NCBI GenBank assembly: GCA_965202985.1 | Contig: CBDBCF010000001.1 | Span: forward strand, 1,632,001 to 1,696,000 | Direction of reading: 5' to 3' | DNA length: 64,000 nucleotides | Source of the DNA: Longimicrobiales bacterium | GTDB lineage: Bacteria > Gemmatimonadota > Gemmatimonadetes > Longimicrobiales > Gaopeijiaceae | Part shown: piece by piece, positions 37,717-48,081 of the stretch | How the letters are laid out: each line of letters opens with the position of its first letter | How positions within the stretch are numbered: the first letter of the stretch is position 1 | Notes under the pieces: generated by a model | Told to the model about the DNA's origin: nothing | Database searches by the model: none | The model's input: only the letters and a program-made list of their open reading frames with translations | Translations under genes and position numbers: made by a program

Positions 37717-40700
37717 TCACGGCTCGCCGTCCGTCACGGCGGCGCGCAACAGGCGCTCCAGGGTGCGGATGTGCTCCTGCAACGCCGTGTTCAACTGGTC
37801 GTAGCGGCGAACGGCGTCACCGCCCGGTTCCTGGTCGGCCCGGGTCAGGTTCCCGTACAGGTACTGCAGCTGGTCGACCAACATGGGGCGCGAATAGCGG
37901 ATCGGCGCCGTCACCAGCTCGTGCCGGACGGCTTCGATCTCGGCGGCCAAGCTGCCCCCTCCGCGGCGCCGCGCCTCCTCGATCCGCTCCGCCGCCAGTC
38001 GGGCCTCGCTCAGCGCGTTGCGCACCTGCAGCGCCAGCGCCGTTTGGCGCTCCACTTCGTCCTCGCCGACCCCTTCGCTCGCGACCCGCGGGTCCATCCG
38101 CACCTGGAAGGTCCGAGAGGCGCTCCAGTCGCCCGCCGACAAGCGGGCCACGTAGGCGCCCGGCGGCACCATTGGACCGCCGCGGCCGGCGCGAGCGGGG
38201 TTCGCGTGCCACGGCCCCGGATACGCCAAGTCCCACGTGAAGCGATGCGCGCCCGGTTCCGCGGGCAGCGCCGGCGTGCCGAACCGTTCCAGCCGCCACT
38301 CCCTCATGCCCGGCTCCGCGGGCGGCGCCTCGTACTCGCCCGCCGACTCGCTGGAGAAGGAGCGCACCAGCGTGCCGTCCGCGTCCAGGATCTCCAGCGT
38401 CGCCGCCCCTTCCAGACCCTGTGGCAGCACGTAGTCGATCTGGGCGCCCGGGTCGGGGTAGACTGGTTCGTGAGGCAGCGCGGGGCCGCCGAAGCTTCCC
38501 CGGTACCGCAAGCGGTATGCGTCGCGAACCGGGTACAAGTACGCAGTCTCCGTGCGGGGGCCCGCGACGGCGTCGGCTTCTCCGTCGTGCAGCGGCGTCA
38601 GGTTGTCCATGATCCAGAAGCCCCGGCCCATGGTCGACAACGCCAAGTCCCCTTGCACCACCTTGATGTCGGTGACCGGCGTGACCGGCAGGTTTCGCTG
38701 GAAGGGCTCCCACTGCGCACCGTCGTCGAACGAGATCCACATGCCGAACTCGGTGCCCAGGTACAGCAGCCCCTCCCGCGCCGGGTCCTCGCGCACGACC
38801 CGCACCGGGTGGTTCGCCGGGACGCCGTTCGCGCCCGTGGTGATGCGCGTCCAAGTGGCGCCGTAGTCGTCGGTCCTGAACGCGTAGGGGGCGAAGTCGC
38901 CCAGTTGGTAGCGCAGAATCGCCACGTAGGCCTTGGCCGGATCGTGGGCGGACGTCTCGATCGTCTGGACGCGACCGTAGGGGCCGATCCCAGGCGGCGT
39001 CACGTCGGTCCAGGTTCCGCCGCCGTCGCGCGTGACGTGCACCGGCCCGTCGTTGGCCCCTGCCCAGACGACGCCCGGCTCCAGCAGCGACTCCTGAATG
39101 TCGTAGAGGACGGAGAAGTGCTCCTCGCCGGTCACGTCCAAGGTGATAGGCGTTCCGGACACGACCTGGGTCTCGGGCGTGAACGCCGTCAGATCCGACG
39201 AGATCGTCTCCCAGTGCTCGCCGCCGTCGGTGCTGACGTGAACGTACTGGGACCCGTGGTAGACCTTGTCGGGGTCGTGAGGCGAGACGTGGACGGGCGC
39301 CACGCGCTGGAAGCGGAACTCCAAGTCCTTCGGGTTGTGGCCGTAAAGGTTGGCGAAGCCCACGTAGTACTGCTTCTCTTGTCCCGTCCGGCGATTGTAG
39401 AGCCCGAACCGGCCCTTGCAGTTGGCATACACGATGTCGGGGTCGCCGGGCTTGGGGACCACCGGGCCGGTCTCGCACCCGCCGTGAGCCTCCCAGGCGG
39501 ACTGATGGCCGCCGGGCTCGGAGCGCTCGGGCAGGCCGGGCACCGAGATCGTGCTGTTGTCCTGCTGGCCCGCGTAGAGCCGGTACGGGAAGTCGTCCGA
39601 CACGTCCACTTGGTAGAGTTCGGCGGTGGGCTGGTTCAACTGGGTGGACCAAGTGGCCCCGCCGTCGAGCGACACGTTGGCCCCGCCGTCGTTGGACTGG
39701 ATCATGACGTCCGGGTTGTCCGGGTTGATCCACATGTCGTGGTTGTCCCCATGGGGCACGCGCTGGGGCGCCCAGCTCCGGCCGCCGTCGGTGGACTTCC
39801 AGTGGCCCTCGGTCATGCCCCAGAGCACGTCCGGGTCGGTCGGATGCGCCTCCAGGTTGGTGTAGTAGAAGGCTCGGGTCCTGATGGGACCGAAATCCGT
39901 GACTTGCCGCCACGTGACTCCCCGGTCGTCGGAGCGGTAGACGCCGCCCGTGTCCGCCGGCGCCTCCATGAGCACGTACACGCGGTCCGGATCGGCGGCG
40001 CTCACCGCCAAGTCCGATTTGCCCCGAAGCCCTGCGGGAAGGCCGTCCGTGGCCTGCTGCCAACTGTCGCCGCCGTCGTCGGAGCGGTAGACGCCGCCCT
40101 CCAAGCCGCCCGAGATGATCGTCCACGGCTTGCGCTCGCCTCGCCACATCGAAGCGTAGATCGTGGCGGGGTCGTCCGGGGCGAACTCCAGGTCCACGGC
40201 CCCGGTGCTGTCGGACACGAACAGGATGTTGTCCCAGGTGACGCCACCGTCCCGACTGCGGTAGACGCCGCGCTGCGGGTTCGGAGCAAAGGGATTTCCT
40301 ATTGCGGCAATATACACTAGATTAGGATCTTCCGGGTGGATCAGGATCGCCCCCGTGTTGCCGGTCTCTTCCAGGCCCATGTGCGTCCAGGATGCGCCGC
40401 CGTCGGTGGACTTGTAGACGCCCGTGCCGATGATCACGTTGCTGCGGATGCCGTCGGAGCCGGTGGACACGTACACGATGTTCGGGTCGGACTCCGCGAT
40501 GCGGATGGCCCCGATCGAACCGGTGCCCAGGTAGCCGTCGGACACGTTCCGCCAGACGTGGCCGTAGTCCTCCGTCTTCCAGACGCCGCCGCCCGTGGCC
40601 CCCATGTAGAAGGTAGACGGCAGGCTGCGGTGACCTGCTACGGCCGTGACGCGCCCGCCCCGCGAAGGACCGACGTAGCGGTACTCCAGGGCGCCGAAGA

Positions 40701-40845
40701 CGGCGGGCGAGCCGGCGGGGCTGTTCTGCGGACGCGAGTCCTGGGGAGCGGCGAGTACGGGACTGGAAGCCCAGGCGATAGCGGCGACGGCCACGAGGCC
40801 GCCGACCAAGGAAGTGGGGCGAACCAGACGGGCGAACCTGCTCAT
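37717..40845 (-). CDS. Secreted BNR/Asp-box (VPS10/sortilin-like) glycosyl hydrolase-like protein
   Basis: Signal peptide; GPSRGGRVTAV, GGGVWKT, many SxDGGxxW Asp-boxes, GQQDN, LYLGTEFG. Confidence 0.88.
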   Translation of the reverse strand: MSRFARLVRPTSLVGGLVAVAAIAWASSPVLAAPQDSRPQNSPAGSPAVFGALEYRYVGPSRGGRVTAVAGHRSLPSTFYMGATGGGVWKTEDYGHVWRNVSDGYLGTGSIGAIRIAESDPNIVYVSTGSDGIRSNVIIGTGVYKSTDGGASWTHMGLEETGNTGAILIHPEDPNLVYIAAIGNPFAPNPQRGVYRSRDGGVTWDNILFVSDSTGAVDLEFAPDDPATIYASMWRGERKPWTIISGGLEGGVYRSDDGGDSWQQATDGLPAGLRGKSDLAVSAADPDRVYVLMEAPADTGGVYRSDDRGVTWRQVTDFGPIRTRAFYYTNLEAHPTDPDVLWGMTEGHWKSTDGGRSWAPQRVPHGDNHDMWINPDNPDVMIQSNDGGANVSLDGGATWSTQLNQPTAELYQVDVSDDFPYRLYAGQQDNSTISVPGLPERSEPGGHQSAWEAHGGCETGPVVPKPGDPDIVYANCKGRFGLYNRRTGQEKQYYVGFANLYGHNPKDLEFRFQRVAPVHVSPHDPDKVYHGSQYVHVSTDGGEHWETISSDLTAFTPETQVVSGTPITLDVTGEEHFSVLYDIQESLLEPGVVWAGANDGPVHVTRDGGGTWTDVTPPGIGPYGRVQTIETSAHDPAKAYVAILRYQLGDFAPYAFRTDDYGATWTRITTGANGVPANHPVRVVREDPAREGLLYLGTEFGMWISFDDGAQWEPFQRNLPVTPVTDIKVVQGDLALSTMGRGFWIMDNLTPLHDGEADAVAGPRTETAYLYPVRDAYRLRYRGSFGGPALPHEPVYPDPGAQIDYVLPQGLEGAATLEILDADGTLVRSFSSESAGEYEAPPAEPGMREWRLERFGTPALPAEPGAHRFTWDLAYPGPWHANPARAGRGGPMVPPGAYVARLSAGDWSASRTFQVRMDPRVASEGVGEDEVERQTALALQVRNALSEARLAAERIEEARRRGGGSLAAEIEAVRHELVTAPIRYSRPMLVDQLQYLYGNLTRADQEPGGDAVRRYDQLNTALQEHIRTLERLLRAAVTDGEP

Positions 40846-41066
40846 GCGATGCCTTTGCGGTGGGTGACGAACGGAGACGCGAAGATCGTGGACCGCTGAA
40901 CGATACAGCCGCAGCACGACCGGGAACAGGAAGGACGACCCGGGAAGCTCCCGCGGCTGCCTTGGCCGCTGGTTGCCAACGGAAGCCGCTAGCGTATCTT
41001 TGGTGCGCGGGGCGGGCCGCGCCGTGGAATCGCACACTATCAATTCACCGTCAGAAAGGAGTCGCA

Positions 41067-41591
41067 ATGGGCAGAATCCAGAGCTTCATCGTGGCGAGCG
41101 TCCGCACGGGCGTCGCCGCCATCATCGCCGAGGAAGTCGGCGTACTCAGGGCCGAGATGGAGAAGATGAGGGCCGAGATGGAGAGGCAGCGGGCCGAGAT
41201 GGAGAGGCAGCGGGCCGAGATTGAAAAGCAGATCCGAGAACTCAGGGCCGACATGAACCGGTTGTTTGCCGAAGCCATGGCGCACACGGACCGGAAGTTC
41301 GAAGAGGCCAAGGCCCACGCGGACCAGCGGTTCGACGAAGCCAAGGCCTATACGAGGGAGCTGATCGAGCGGGCCGGGGTCGCGAACGATGCCGCCCACG
41401 CCGCCATCGGCCAGCGCATCGACGACCTCCGGAAATCGCATGCCGCGTTGGCCGACGAAGTTCGGGCCGTTCGGACCGATCTCGGCGGCCGAATCGAGAA
41501 GGTGGAGGAACGCGTGCATCAGGTCGGCGAGCGCTTCTCGGGCGTAGCCGAAAGGCTGGCCCGCATCGAGGCCGGCCAAGCCGCGAGCTGA
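41067..41591 (+). CDS. Coiled-coil hypothetical protein with heptad and hendecad repeats
   Basis: GAAAGGAG RBS; four RAE(M/I)Exx heptads followed by three FxEAxAxxxxx 11-mers. Confidence 0.75.
   Translation: MGRIQSFIVASVRTGVAAIIAEEVGVLRAEMEKMRAEMERQRAEMERQRAEIEKQIRELRADMNRLFAEAMAHTDRKFEEAKAHADQRFDEAKAYTRELIERAGVANDAAHAAIGQRIDDLRKSHAALADEVRAVRTDLGGRIEKVEERVHQVGERFSGVAERLARIEAGQAAS
41149..41232 (+). repeat. 4 x 21-bp tandem repeat (GGGCCGAGATGGAGAGGCAGC)
   Basis: Units at 41149, 41170, 41191 and 41212; the middle two are identical. Confidence 0.9.
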
Positions 41592-41670
41592 ATAGGCGGG
41601 GAGCCGCGCACCGCCCGCCAGGGCGCGGCTCCCCCGAACGTTGCGCAAGCACTCTCTTGGAGATCCGCCG

Positions 41671-43260
41671 ATGAATCTGCCGTCCCGCATGTTCCGCACC
41701 CGGCCAGCCGGCTTCCCGCTGGTTGCGGCGGTCGCGCTGCTCTCCGGCCTGCCCTGCAGCGCGCCCGCCCAGGTCTTCCCGACCGACGACCCCGTGATCC
41801 GCGCCATGTGGGAAGAGGGCATGGGCGAGGGGAGCCAGGTCGTCCACTTGGCGCAAGCGCTCGTGGACTCGATAGGCCCGCGCCTCATGGGGTCGCCGGC
41901 GTTTTCTCGTTCCGCCGATTGGCTGGCCGGCAACTACGAGCGCTGGGGCATCGAGGCGGAACGCCAGGAGTACGGGACGTGGACCGGCTGGGACCGGGGC
42001 GTCACCCACGTCGACCTTCTCGAACCCCGCGTGCGGACGCTGGAGGGAATGATGCTCGCGTGGAGCCCGGGCACCCGTGGTCCCGTGGAAGGGGAGGTCG
42101 TGGCGCTGCCGGCGTTCGAGCGAGCGCAGGACTTGGAGGCATGGCTTCCGCAGGCCGAAGGCAAGTTCGTTGCGATCTCCTTCGCGGAGCCCACGTGCCG
42201 GGAGGACCAGTCCTGGCAGGACCACGCCACGGAAGCCTCGTTTCGACGCATGACGGAGGCGCGCGACGCCGCCCGGGCGTCGTGGAGCGCCGGCTTCGGG
42301 GTCCTGGCCCGTGCCGGCGGACCCGCGCGGTTGGAAGAAGCCGGGGTCTTGGGCGTGTTGACGGGTCGCTGGTCCCAAGGCTGGGGCGTGGACAAGATCT
42401 TCTCGTCTCCCACGAGACGGATGCCATCGGTGCACCTGTCGTGCGAGGACTATTCCCTCGTGCACCGGCTGGCTTCCCGGGGCCAATCGCCCCGAATTCG
42501 CCTCGACGCCCAAGCCGAGTTCCTGGGCGAAGTGCCGGCCTTCAACTTGGTGGCCCGCATTCCGGGCGCCGAACTCCCCGACGAGTACGTGGTTCTGAGC
42601 GCGCACCTGGACTCCTGGGACGGAGCCTCGGGCGCCACCGACAACGGCACCGGCACGATCATGATGCACGAGGCCATGCGCATTCTGAAGGCCGCCTATC
42701 CCAATCCTCGTCGCACAATCTTGGCAGGCCACTGGGGCGGCGAGGAGCAAGGACTTATCGGCTCCACGGCCTTCGTGGCCGACAACCCGGAGGTGGCGGA
42801 CGGGCTGCAAGCCGCTTTCAACCAGGACAACGGCACCTGGCGGATCGACTACGTCCGGATGCAGGGCTTTCTGGGCGCGGGAGCGCACTTCGCCAAGTGG
42901 ATGGAGGCGATCCCGCCCGAGATCGCCGGCCACGTCGAGCTGGACGTGCCGGGCGTGCCGGAGCGGGGCGGGTCGGACCACATGTCGTTCATCTGCAAGG
43001 GCGCCCCCGGCTTCAGGCTCCAGTCCAACTACCCGGACTACCGTCGGTACACGTGGCACACCAACCGGGACACCTTCGACAAGATCGTGTTCGACGATCT
43101 GCGCAACAACGCCACCCTGGCGGCGATGTTGGCCTACGCCGCGTCCGAGGACCCGGAGCGCGTCCGCGTCGCGCGCAGGGAGATGCCCGCCAACCCTCGG
43201 ACGGGCCGCCCGGAGCCTTGGCCCGAGTGCAGAGCGCCCCGGCGGAGTCCCGGCGAATAG
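41671..43260 (+). CDS. Secreted M28-family metallopeptidase (carboxypeptidase Q-like)
   Basis: Signal peptide; DSIGPRLMGS, SAHLDSW, GATDNGTG, GEEQGL, SDH, WHTNRDT. Confidence 0.9.
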   Translation: MNLPSRMFRTRPAGFPLVAAVALLSGLPCSAPAQVFPTDDPVIRAMWEEGMGEGSQVVHLAQALVDSIGPRLMGSPAFSRSADWLAGNYERWGIEAERQEYGTWTGWDRGVTHVDLLEPRVRTLEGMMLAWSPGTRGPVEGEVVALPAFERAQDLEAWLPQAEGKFVAISFAEPTCREDQSWQDHATEASFRRMTEARDAARASWSAGFGVLARAGGPARLEEAGVLGVLTGRWSQGWGVDKIFSSPTRRMPSVHLSCEDYSLVHRLASRGQSPRIRLDAQAEFLGEVPAFNLVARIPGAELPDEYVVLSAHLDSWDGASGATDNGTGTIMMHEAMRILKAAYPNPRRTILAGHWGGEEQGLIGSTAFVADNPEVADGLQAAFNQDNGTWRIDYVRMQGFLGAGAHFAKWMEAIPPEIAGHVELDVPGVPERGGSDHMSFICKGAPGFRLQSNYPDYRRYTWHTNRDTFDKIVFDDLRNNATLAAMLAYAASEDPERVRVARREMPANPRTGRPEPWPECRAPRRSPGE

Positions 43261-43275
43261 GTTCGGGAGCGCGAG

Positions 43276-43764
43276 TCAGACCACTCCGTCATCCAGAGCG
43301 AGCCGCAGCTTCCGGCGGAACCGGCCCTCGTTCGCGCGCCGTTCGTCAGCGGGGTCCGACAAGTCCAGCGGCGGGACCGGGGCCGGGCGTCGTCCGTCGT
43401 CCACGGCCACGAACGTCACCAGGCACGTGTTCGTGCGACGCTTCGTTCCGGTCAGCAGGTTCTCGGCCTCGACCTGGACCCCGATCTCCATGGAAGTGCG
43501 GCCCACGAAGTTGACCCGAGCCGCGCACGTCACGAGTTCGCCCGCGTAGATCGGCTCCTTGAAGTCCACGCGGTCGATGGCGACCGTCAGGCAGGGCCGC
43601 CCCGAGTGCCGCATGGCGCACACCGCAGCCACGCGGTCCACCATGGCCAGCAGCTCGCCGCCGAAGATGTTCCCCGCGTTGTTGACCTGGTGCGGCATCA
43701 TAAGTTCGGAGAGGACGGCCACCGAGTCCGCCGGCCTCTTGGCTTCGCTGAGCGTCGCGGTCAC
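43276..43764 (-). CDS. Acyl-CoA thioesterase (YciA-like hotdog fold)
   Basis: MPHQVNNAGNIFGGELL..D, VNFVGRTSMEIGV, TFVAVD. Confidence 0.9.
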   Translation of the reverse strand: MTATLSEAKRPADSVAVLSELMMPHQVNNAGNIFGGELLAMVDRVAAVCAMRHSGRPCLTVAIDRVDFKEPIYAGELVTCAARVNFVGRTSMEIGVQVEAENLLTGTKRRTNTCLVTFVAVDDGRRPAPVPPLDLSDPADERRANEGRFRRKLRLALDDGVV

Positions 43765-44603
43765 CCGCCCGGCTTGACGGCCTGGATCGTGCCGCCGTGG
43801 ATCGAACCGGCAAAGGCGCGGGCTTCCGCCTCCCGACGGGGATCATTCTCCACCACGGCCTGGACCTGCGGGTCCCCGAAGATGTGGTCGGCCGGGTACG
43901 GACTGCCCTGTTCCACGCGAACCTCGGCGAAGCCGGCCTGGGACAGGTCGCGCTCGTACTCGGACACCATGACGGGCAGGCACCCGACCAGCGCCTCCTT
44001 GGAGGACGCGATGAACTCCGGCGGACGGCGCGCGGACACCAAGTCGGAGATCATGAGTCGGCCGCCGGGCTTGAGCACGCGCAGGGCCTCGGCCAGCACC
44101 CTCGGGCGGTCCGGCGACAGGTTGAGGACGCAGTTGGAGATGACCGCGTCGGCCATGCCGTCTCCCACGGGTAGGGCTTCGATCTCGCCCAGGCGGAACT
44201 CCACGTTGGCGTAGCCGCCGTCTTCGGCGTTGGCGCGGGCGCGTTCGATCATCTCCGGGGTCATGTCCACGCCCAAGACCCGTCCGTCGGGACCGACCCG
44301 GTCCGCCGCCAGAAAGCAGTCGAAGCCCGCGCCGGACCCCAGGTCCACCACGGTGTCGCCCGGCGACAGCGACGCCAGCGCCACCGGGTTGCCGCACCCC
44401 AGTCCCAGGTTGGCGCCGTCCGGCACGCTGGCCAGATCGCCCTCCTGATACCCCACGGCCCGGCTGATGTCCTGCGCCGTCGTCGCCTCGGCTTCTCCCG
44501 CGCAGCCGCACGCGGAAGGCCCGCAGCACCCGCCCGTCTCTACCGCCTTGCTCCCGTACCTCTCTCGAACCGCACGCCGAACTGTGCTCGCTTCCATCGC
44601 CAT
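43761..44603 (-). CDS. arsM: Arsenite methyltransferase
   Basis: VRERY...CCG, NLGLGCGNP, VDLGSGAGFDC, GVDMTPEMI, ISNCVLNL. Confidence 0.88.
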   Translation of the reverse strand: MAMEASTVRRAVRERYGSKAVETGGCCGPSACGCAGEAEATTAQDISRAVGYQEGDLASVPDGANLGLGCGNPVALASLSPGDTVVDLGSGAGFDCFLAADRVGPDGRVLGVDMTPEMIERARANAEDGGYANVEFRLGEIEALPVGDGMADAVISNCVLNLSPDRPRVLAEALRVLKPGGRLMISDLVSARRPPEFIASSKEALVGCLPVMVSEYERDLSQAGFAEVRVEQGSPYPADHIFGDPQVQAVVENDPRREAEARAFAGSIHGGTIQAVKPGG

Positions 44604-44797
44604 TTGGTGCCGCCCCCCTTCCCCTGTCTTAATGTCGCGTTCCTTGAAGCCGCCCCAATATACCACCATGTTCCAAGGGAGCGGGGCGCGTTGCTAGGCG
44701 CGCGCCACGCCCGACAGAACGGGGCGCGGGGACGGGGCCGAGCTGGTCGGTCGCCCGGCTTTGCACGACACAAAAAACACGCGGCGGAGGGGCACGA

Positions 44798-45934
44798 ATG
44801 GACTGGAAGGAACGGCTGGCGCAGATCCGCAACCGGCTCGAACGCGAGCGGGACGAACTTGGGCTCAAGGCTCGCTTGGCCAAGATGGACGCTCGCGACG
44901 AGATGGCCGGATTGGAGAAGAAGTGGGAGGCCTTCCGCGCCAGGATGGCCGACATCGAGATCGGAGAGGTGACCGAAGAGGTCCGGGACACGGCCGACCG
45001 GCTGGCCGGCGAACTCCGGCGCGGCTACGACCGGCTTCGGGAGCGGATGCGCGATCGCGCCGACGGGGCCGACTCGACGGACGCGGAGCCGGACGCCGGC
45101 GAACGATCGGGCGCGGCGGCGTCCGAAGACGGCGAGGGAGCCTACACGATGGGCTACGGGGAGGAGTTTCAGCAGGTGCTGGAACGCCGGAGCGCCCGGA
45201 CCCATGCGGCGCACCTCTTGCCGCGCTTGCGACGGGGGATGCGGGTGCTGGACTTCGGTTGCGGCCCGGGAACGATCTCGGTGGGCTTGGCGGAGGCGGT
45301 GGCGCCGGGAGAGCTTCACGGCATCGACATGGAGGAGTCGCAGGTGGAGATGGCCGTTGCCGCGGCTCGTGCCGGCGGCCACGAGAACGCCGTCTTCCGC
45401 ACCGGCGACGTGACGGAGCTGGCGTTCGAGGACGACTCGTTCGATGTCGTGCACTGCAACGCCGTGCTCATGCACGTGCCCGACACTGCGGCGGCTCTGG
45501 CCGAAGCGATGCGCGTGCTCAAGTCCGGCGGCCTCTTGTCCATGCAGGAACTGATCACCGATTCGTCGTTCCTGGAGCCGACGTTCGGCAACCTGGACGG
45601 CGCCTGGACCACGTTCGACAAGCTGCTTGCGGGCAACGGCGGGCATCCGCAGATGGGCAAGGAAGCCAAGGCCGTCCTCCAGGAGGCGGGGTTCGCCGAC
45701 GTCGAGGCCCACGCCTTCTTCGAGCTCTTCCACACCGAAGCCGACCGCGTGTTCTTCTACGGCTTCATCACCCAGTGGTTCTTCTCGCCCGAGGTCGTGG
45801 CGGCCGCGTCCAAGCACGGGCTGGCCACGGAGCAGGAGTTGGACGGATGGCGCGCGTCGCTGGACAGGTGGAAGAACCACTCGGCCGGTTGCGCGGCGTT
45901 CGCCTGGGGAGGAGCGCTGGGGCGCAAGCCGTAG
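44798..45934 (+). CDS. Class I SAM-dependent methyltransferase with an N-terminal coiled-coil domain
   Basis: YTMGY..., VLDFGCGPG, FDVVHCNAVLMH, RVLKSGG; the first ~85 aa are helical. Confidence 0.85.
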   Translation: MDWKERLAQIRNRLERERDELGLKARLAKMDARDEMAGLEKKWEAFRARMADIEIGEVTEEVRDTADRLAGELRRGYDRLRERMRDRADGADSTDAEPDAGERSGAAASEDGEGAYTMGYGEEFQQVLERRSARTHAAHLLPRLRRGMRVLDFGCGPGTISVGLAEAVAPGELHGIDMEESQVEMAVAAARAGGHENAVFRTGDVTELAFEDDSFDVVHCNAVLMHVPDTAAALAEAMRVLKSGGLLSMQELITDSSFLEPTFGNLDGAWTTFDKLLAGNGGHPQMGKEAKAVLQEAGFADVEAHAFFELFHTEADRVFFYGFITQWFFSPEVVAAASKHGLATEQELDGWRASLDRWKNHSAGCAAFAWGGALGRKP

Positions 45935-45962
45935 CCCCGGGGTTGCTGTCGGGCGGTTGCGG

Positions 45963-47204
45963 TCAGGCTGGAGCGGCCGCCTTCGGGTCGCGGACCCGTT
46001 GCAGAAGCAGGGCGCCGATCACGAACAGGGCCGTGAGCGCCAGCATCGCTGGACGCTGGTTGCCGCCGAAAGCGAGGACGACGTACCCGAACAAGAGCGG
46101 CCCGATCACCGAGGACGACTTTCCGCACAGGGCGTAGAAGCCGAACAGCTTGGCTTCCTGGCCGTCCGGGATCAGCGAAGCCATGAGGGCGCGACTGGCC
46201 GACTGCACCGATCCCAGTCCGAAGCCGGCCACGACGGCCAGCACGTAGAACGCCCCCTGACTCTGGATGAAGTAGGAAGCGATGCCGGCGGCGGTCCACA
46301 GGACCAGCACTCCGGTCAACACCTTCTTGGGTCCCAGGACGTCCGTGGGCTTGGCAAGCGCGAAGGCCCCCGCAAGCGCCGAGAACTGCACGATGAAGAA
46401 GAGGATGATCGTGCCCGTCTGCGTGAAGCCGAAGCTTTCCGTGGCGATGAGGCTGGCCATGACGATGATCGTCAGGACCCCGTCGATGTAGAAGAAGAAG
46501 GCGAACAGGAAGTTTCGCAGGTCCTTGGTCCGCCATATGTAGACGACGACTTCCCAGAGGTCCCGGATGCCCAGAACGGCGGCGCTGGCCACGGACGTGC
46601 TCGCGCCCCGGCTCCCGGGCAGGTTCCGAAACGCCGGTATCGAGAACATCAGGAAGAAGGCGGCGGTCGCCAGCCACACGACGTCCAATCCGGTTCCGAG
46701 GAACGTGTAGAGGATCAAGGCGATGCCGAGGCCGATTGCCGACCCGACGTAGCCGAGTCCAAAGCCCAGTCCCGACACCCACCCCAGCCGCCTCTTCGGC
46801 GCAATGTCGGGCAAGTAGGCGTTGTAGAACACCAGTGCGCTCTCGAAGCCCACGTTGGCCACGACGAAGACGGCGAACCCGGCGGCGAGCATTCCCTCGC
46901 CCAGCAACGCCATGGCGGCCACCCCGGCAACGCAGACCAGCGTGTAGAAGACCATGAACTGCTTGCGGGCCCGGCTCCGGTCGGCGATGGCCCCGAGCAT
47001 CGGCGCCGTGACGGCGACGAAGAAGGCCGACGCCGAGACCGCCAAGCCCCACCAAAATTCGCCCTGGCCACCCTCCCCCCCCACGATGACATCCTTGAAG
47101 AACACCGGGAAGACGGCCGTGGTGATCACGGCCGGATAGGCCGAGTTGGCGAAGTCGAAGAGGGCCCACGACCACACCTGGGCCCGGTTGCCGCGGTCGG
47201 TCAA
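45963..47204 (-). CDS. MFS transporter, UMF1/ATG22-like
   Basis: WALFDFANSAY, FYNAYLPD, SGLGFGLGYVG, QSASRA, FGFYALCGK. Confidence 0.9.
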   Translation of the reverse strand: MTDRGNRAQVWSWALFDFANSAYPAVITTAVFPVFFKDVIVGGEGGQGEFWWGLAVSASAFFVAVTAPMLGAIADRSRARKQFMVFYTLVCVAGVAAMALLGEGMLAAGFAVFVVANVGFESALVFYNAYLPDIAPKRRLGWVSGLGFGLGYVGSAIGLGIALILYTFLGTGLDVVWLATAAFFLMFSIPAFRNLPGSRGASTSVASAAVLGIRDLWEVVVYIWRTKDLRNFLFAFFFYIDGVLTIIVMASLIATESFGFTQTGTIILFFIVQFSALAGAFALAKPTDVLGPKKVLTGVLVLWTAAGIASYFIQSQGAFYVLAVVAGFGLGSVQSASRALMASLIPDGQEAKLFGFYALCGKSSSVIGPLLFGYVVLAFGGNQRPAMLALTALFVIGALLLQRVRDPKAAAPA

Positions 47205-47491
47205 GACAAGTCTTCCGACGCCCCGCCCTTCCGCGCCTGCCTGACTCCCAGCGCCACGCCCGAGCCCACGCCCGCCGCCGTGATCAAGGCCGCGCTGGCG
47301 CCGATCACGGGCACGATGACCACCACGGGCGCCGCCGCCACCGCGGTCACAGCGCCGGCGGCCAGTCCCACCCTCACGCTCGACTTCTCCACCACGCGCG
47401 TGTACCGCAGCCTGCGCCGCACGAAGTCCTTCGACTTCCGGTGGCCGAAGAACCCTGCCACGCCGCCGACGATGAGTTCAAGCACAAACAT
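47201..47491 (-). CDS. Small membrane protein
   Basis: 96 aa with hydrophobic segments and FVRRRLRY; AGGAG RBS; coupled to the MFS gene. Confidence 0.65.
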   Translation of the reverse strand: MFVLELIVGGVAGFFGHRKSKDFVRRRLRYTRVVEKSSVRVGLAAGAVTAVAAAPVVVIVPVIGASAALITAAGVGSGVALGVRQARKGGASEDLS

Positions 47492-47568
47492 GAAAGGGCT
47501 CCTTGCTGTTGTGTGACCGGCTCATACGAAACGCGGCGCCCAACGGTTCCAACGCCTGGGGCTCCAAC

Positions 47569-48081
47569 TTACGACGGATGCCCCATCGCTGCCCAGACCC
47601 GGTTCACCTGCGTGGACACGTCCTGGAGGGCGTAGATCGAAGCGTCGTCCAGCTTGCGGCTGATCTCTGGCCCCACCAGCCGTCGCAAGAAGCGCAACGG
47701 CTCTGCGAACTCGGCCTCGAAGAGCGGTTCGGCGCCGCGGTTCAGGTTTTGGAGGATGCGCAGGGCCAAGTAGGTGTCGTCCAGCAGGCCGGCCAAGCCC
47801 TGGGTCATCTCCGGGATCAGGTCCACCGGGTCGACGAAGTAGTGGGCGGCGTGGTCCAGCAGGGGCATCACGACCACCGTCAGGCCCCGCTGGTTAGCGG
47901 CGTCGGCGGCGTTGGCCAGCAACACCGGCACCAGGTCGATGATCTCCACGGCCACAACGGCGGCCTCGGTCACGTCGGAGTTGCTGGAGCGGGGCGAACG
48001 GGAGCGGATGAACTCCTCCAGCTTGCCGCCGTCGCGCACCTTTGCACTGTCGATGACCGCCTGCACGTCGCCGATGTTCAT
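47569..48081 (-). CDS. YkvA/DUF1232-like protein
   Basis: YFVDPVDLIPE...GLAGLLDD motif; ATG overlaps the upstream stop. Confidence 0.65.
   Translation of the reverse strand: MNIGDVQAVIDSAKVRDGGKLEEFIRSRSPRSSNSDVTEAAVVAVEIIDLVPVLLANAADAANQRGLTVVVMPLLDHAAHYFVDPVDLIPEMTQGLAGLLDDTYLALRILQNLNRGAEPLFEAEFAEPLRFLRRLVGPEISRKLDDASIYALQDVSTQVNRVWAAMGHPS

Noticed and set aside
41149..41232. 21-bp repeats (and the 60505-60645 array) as CRISPR arrays
   Set aside because: The units are contiguous with no unique spacers, and no cas genes are present.
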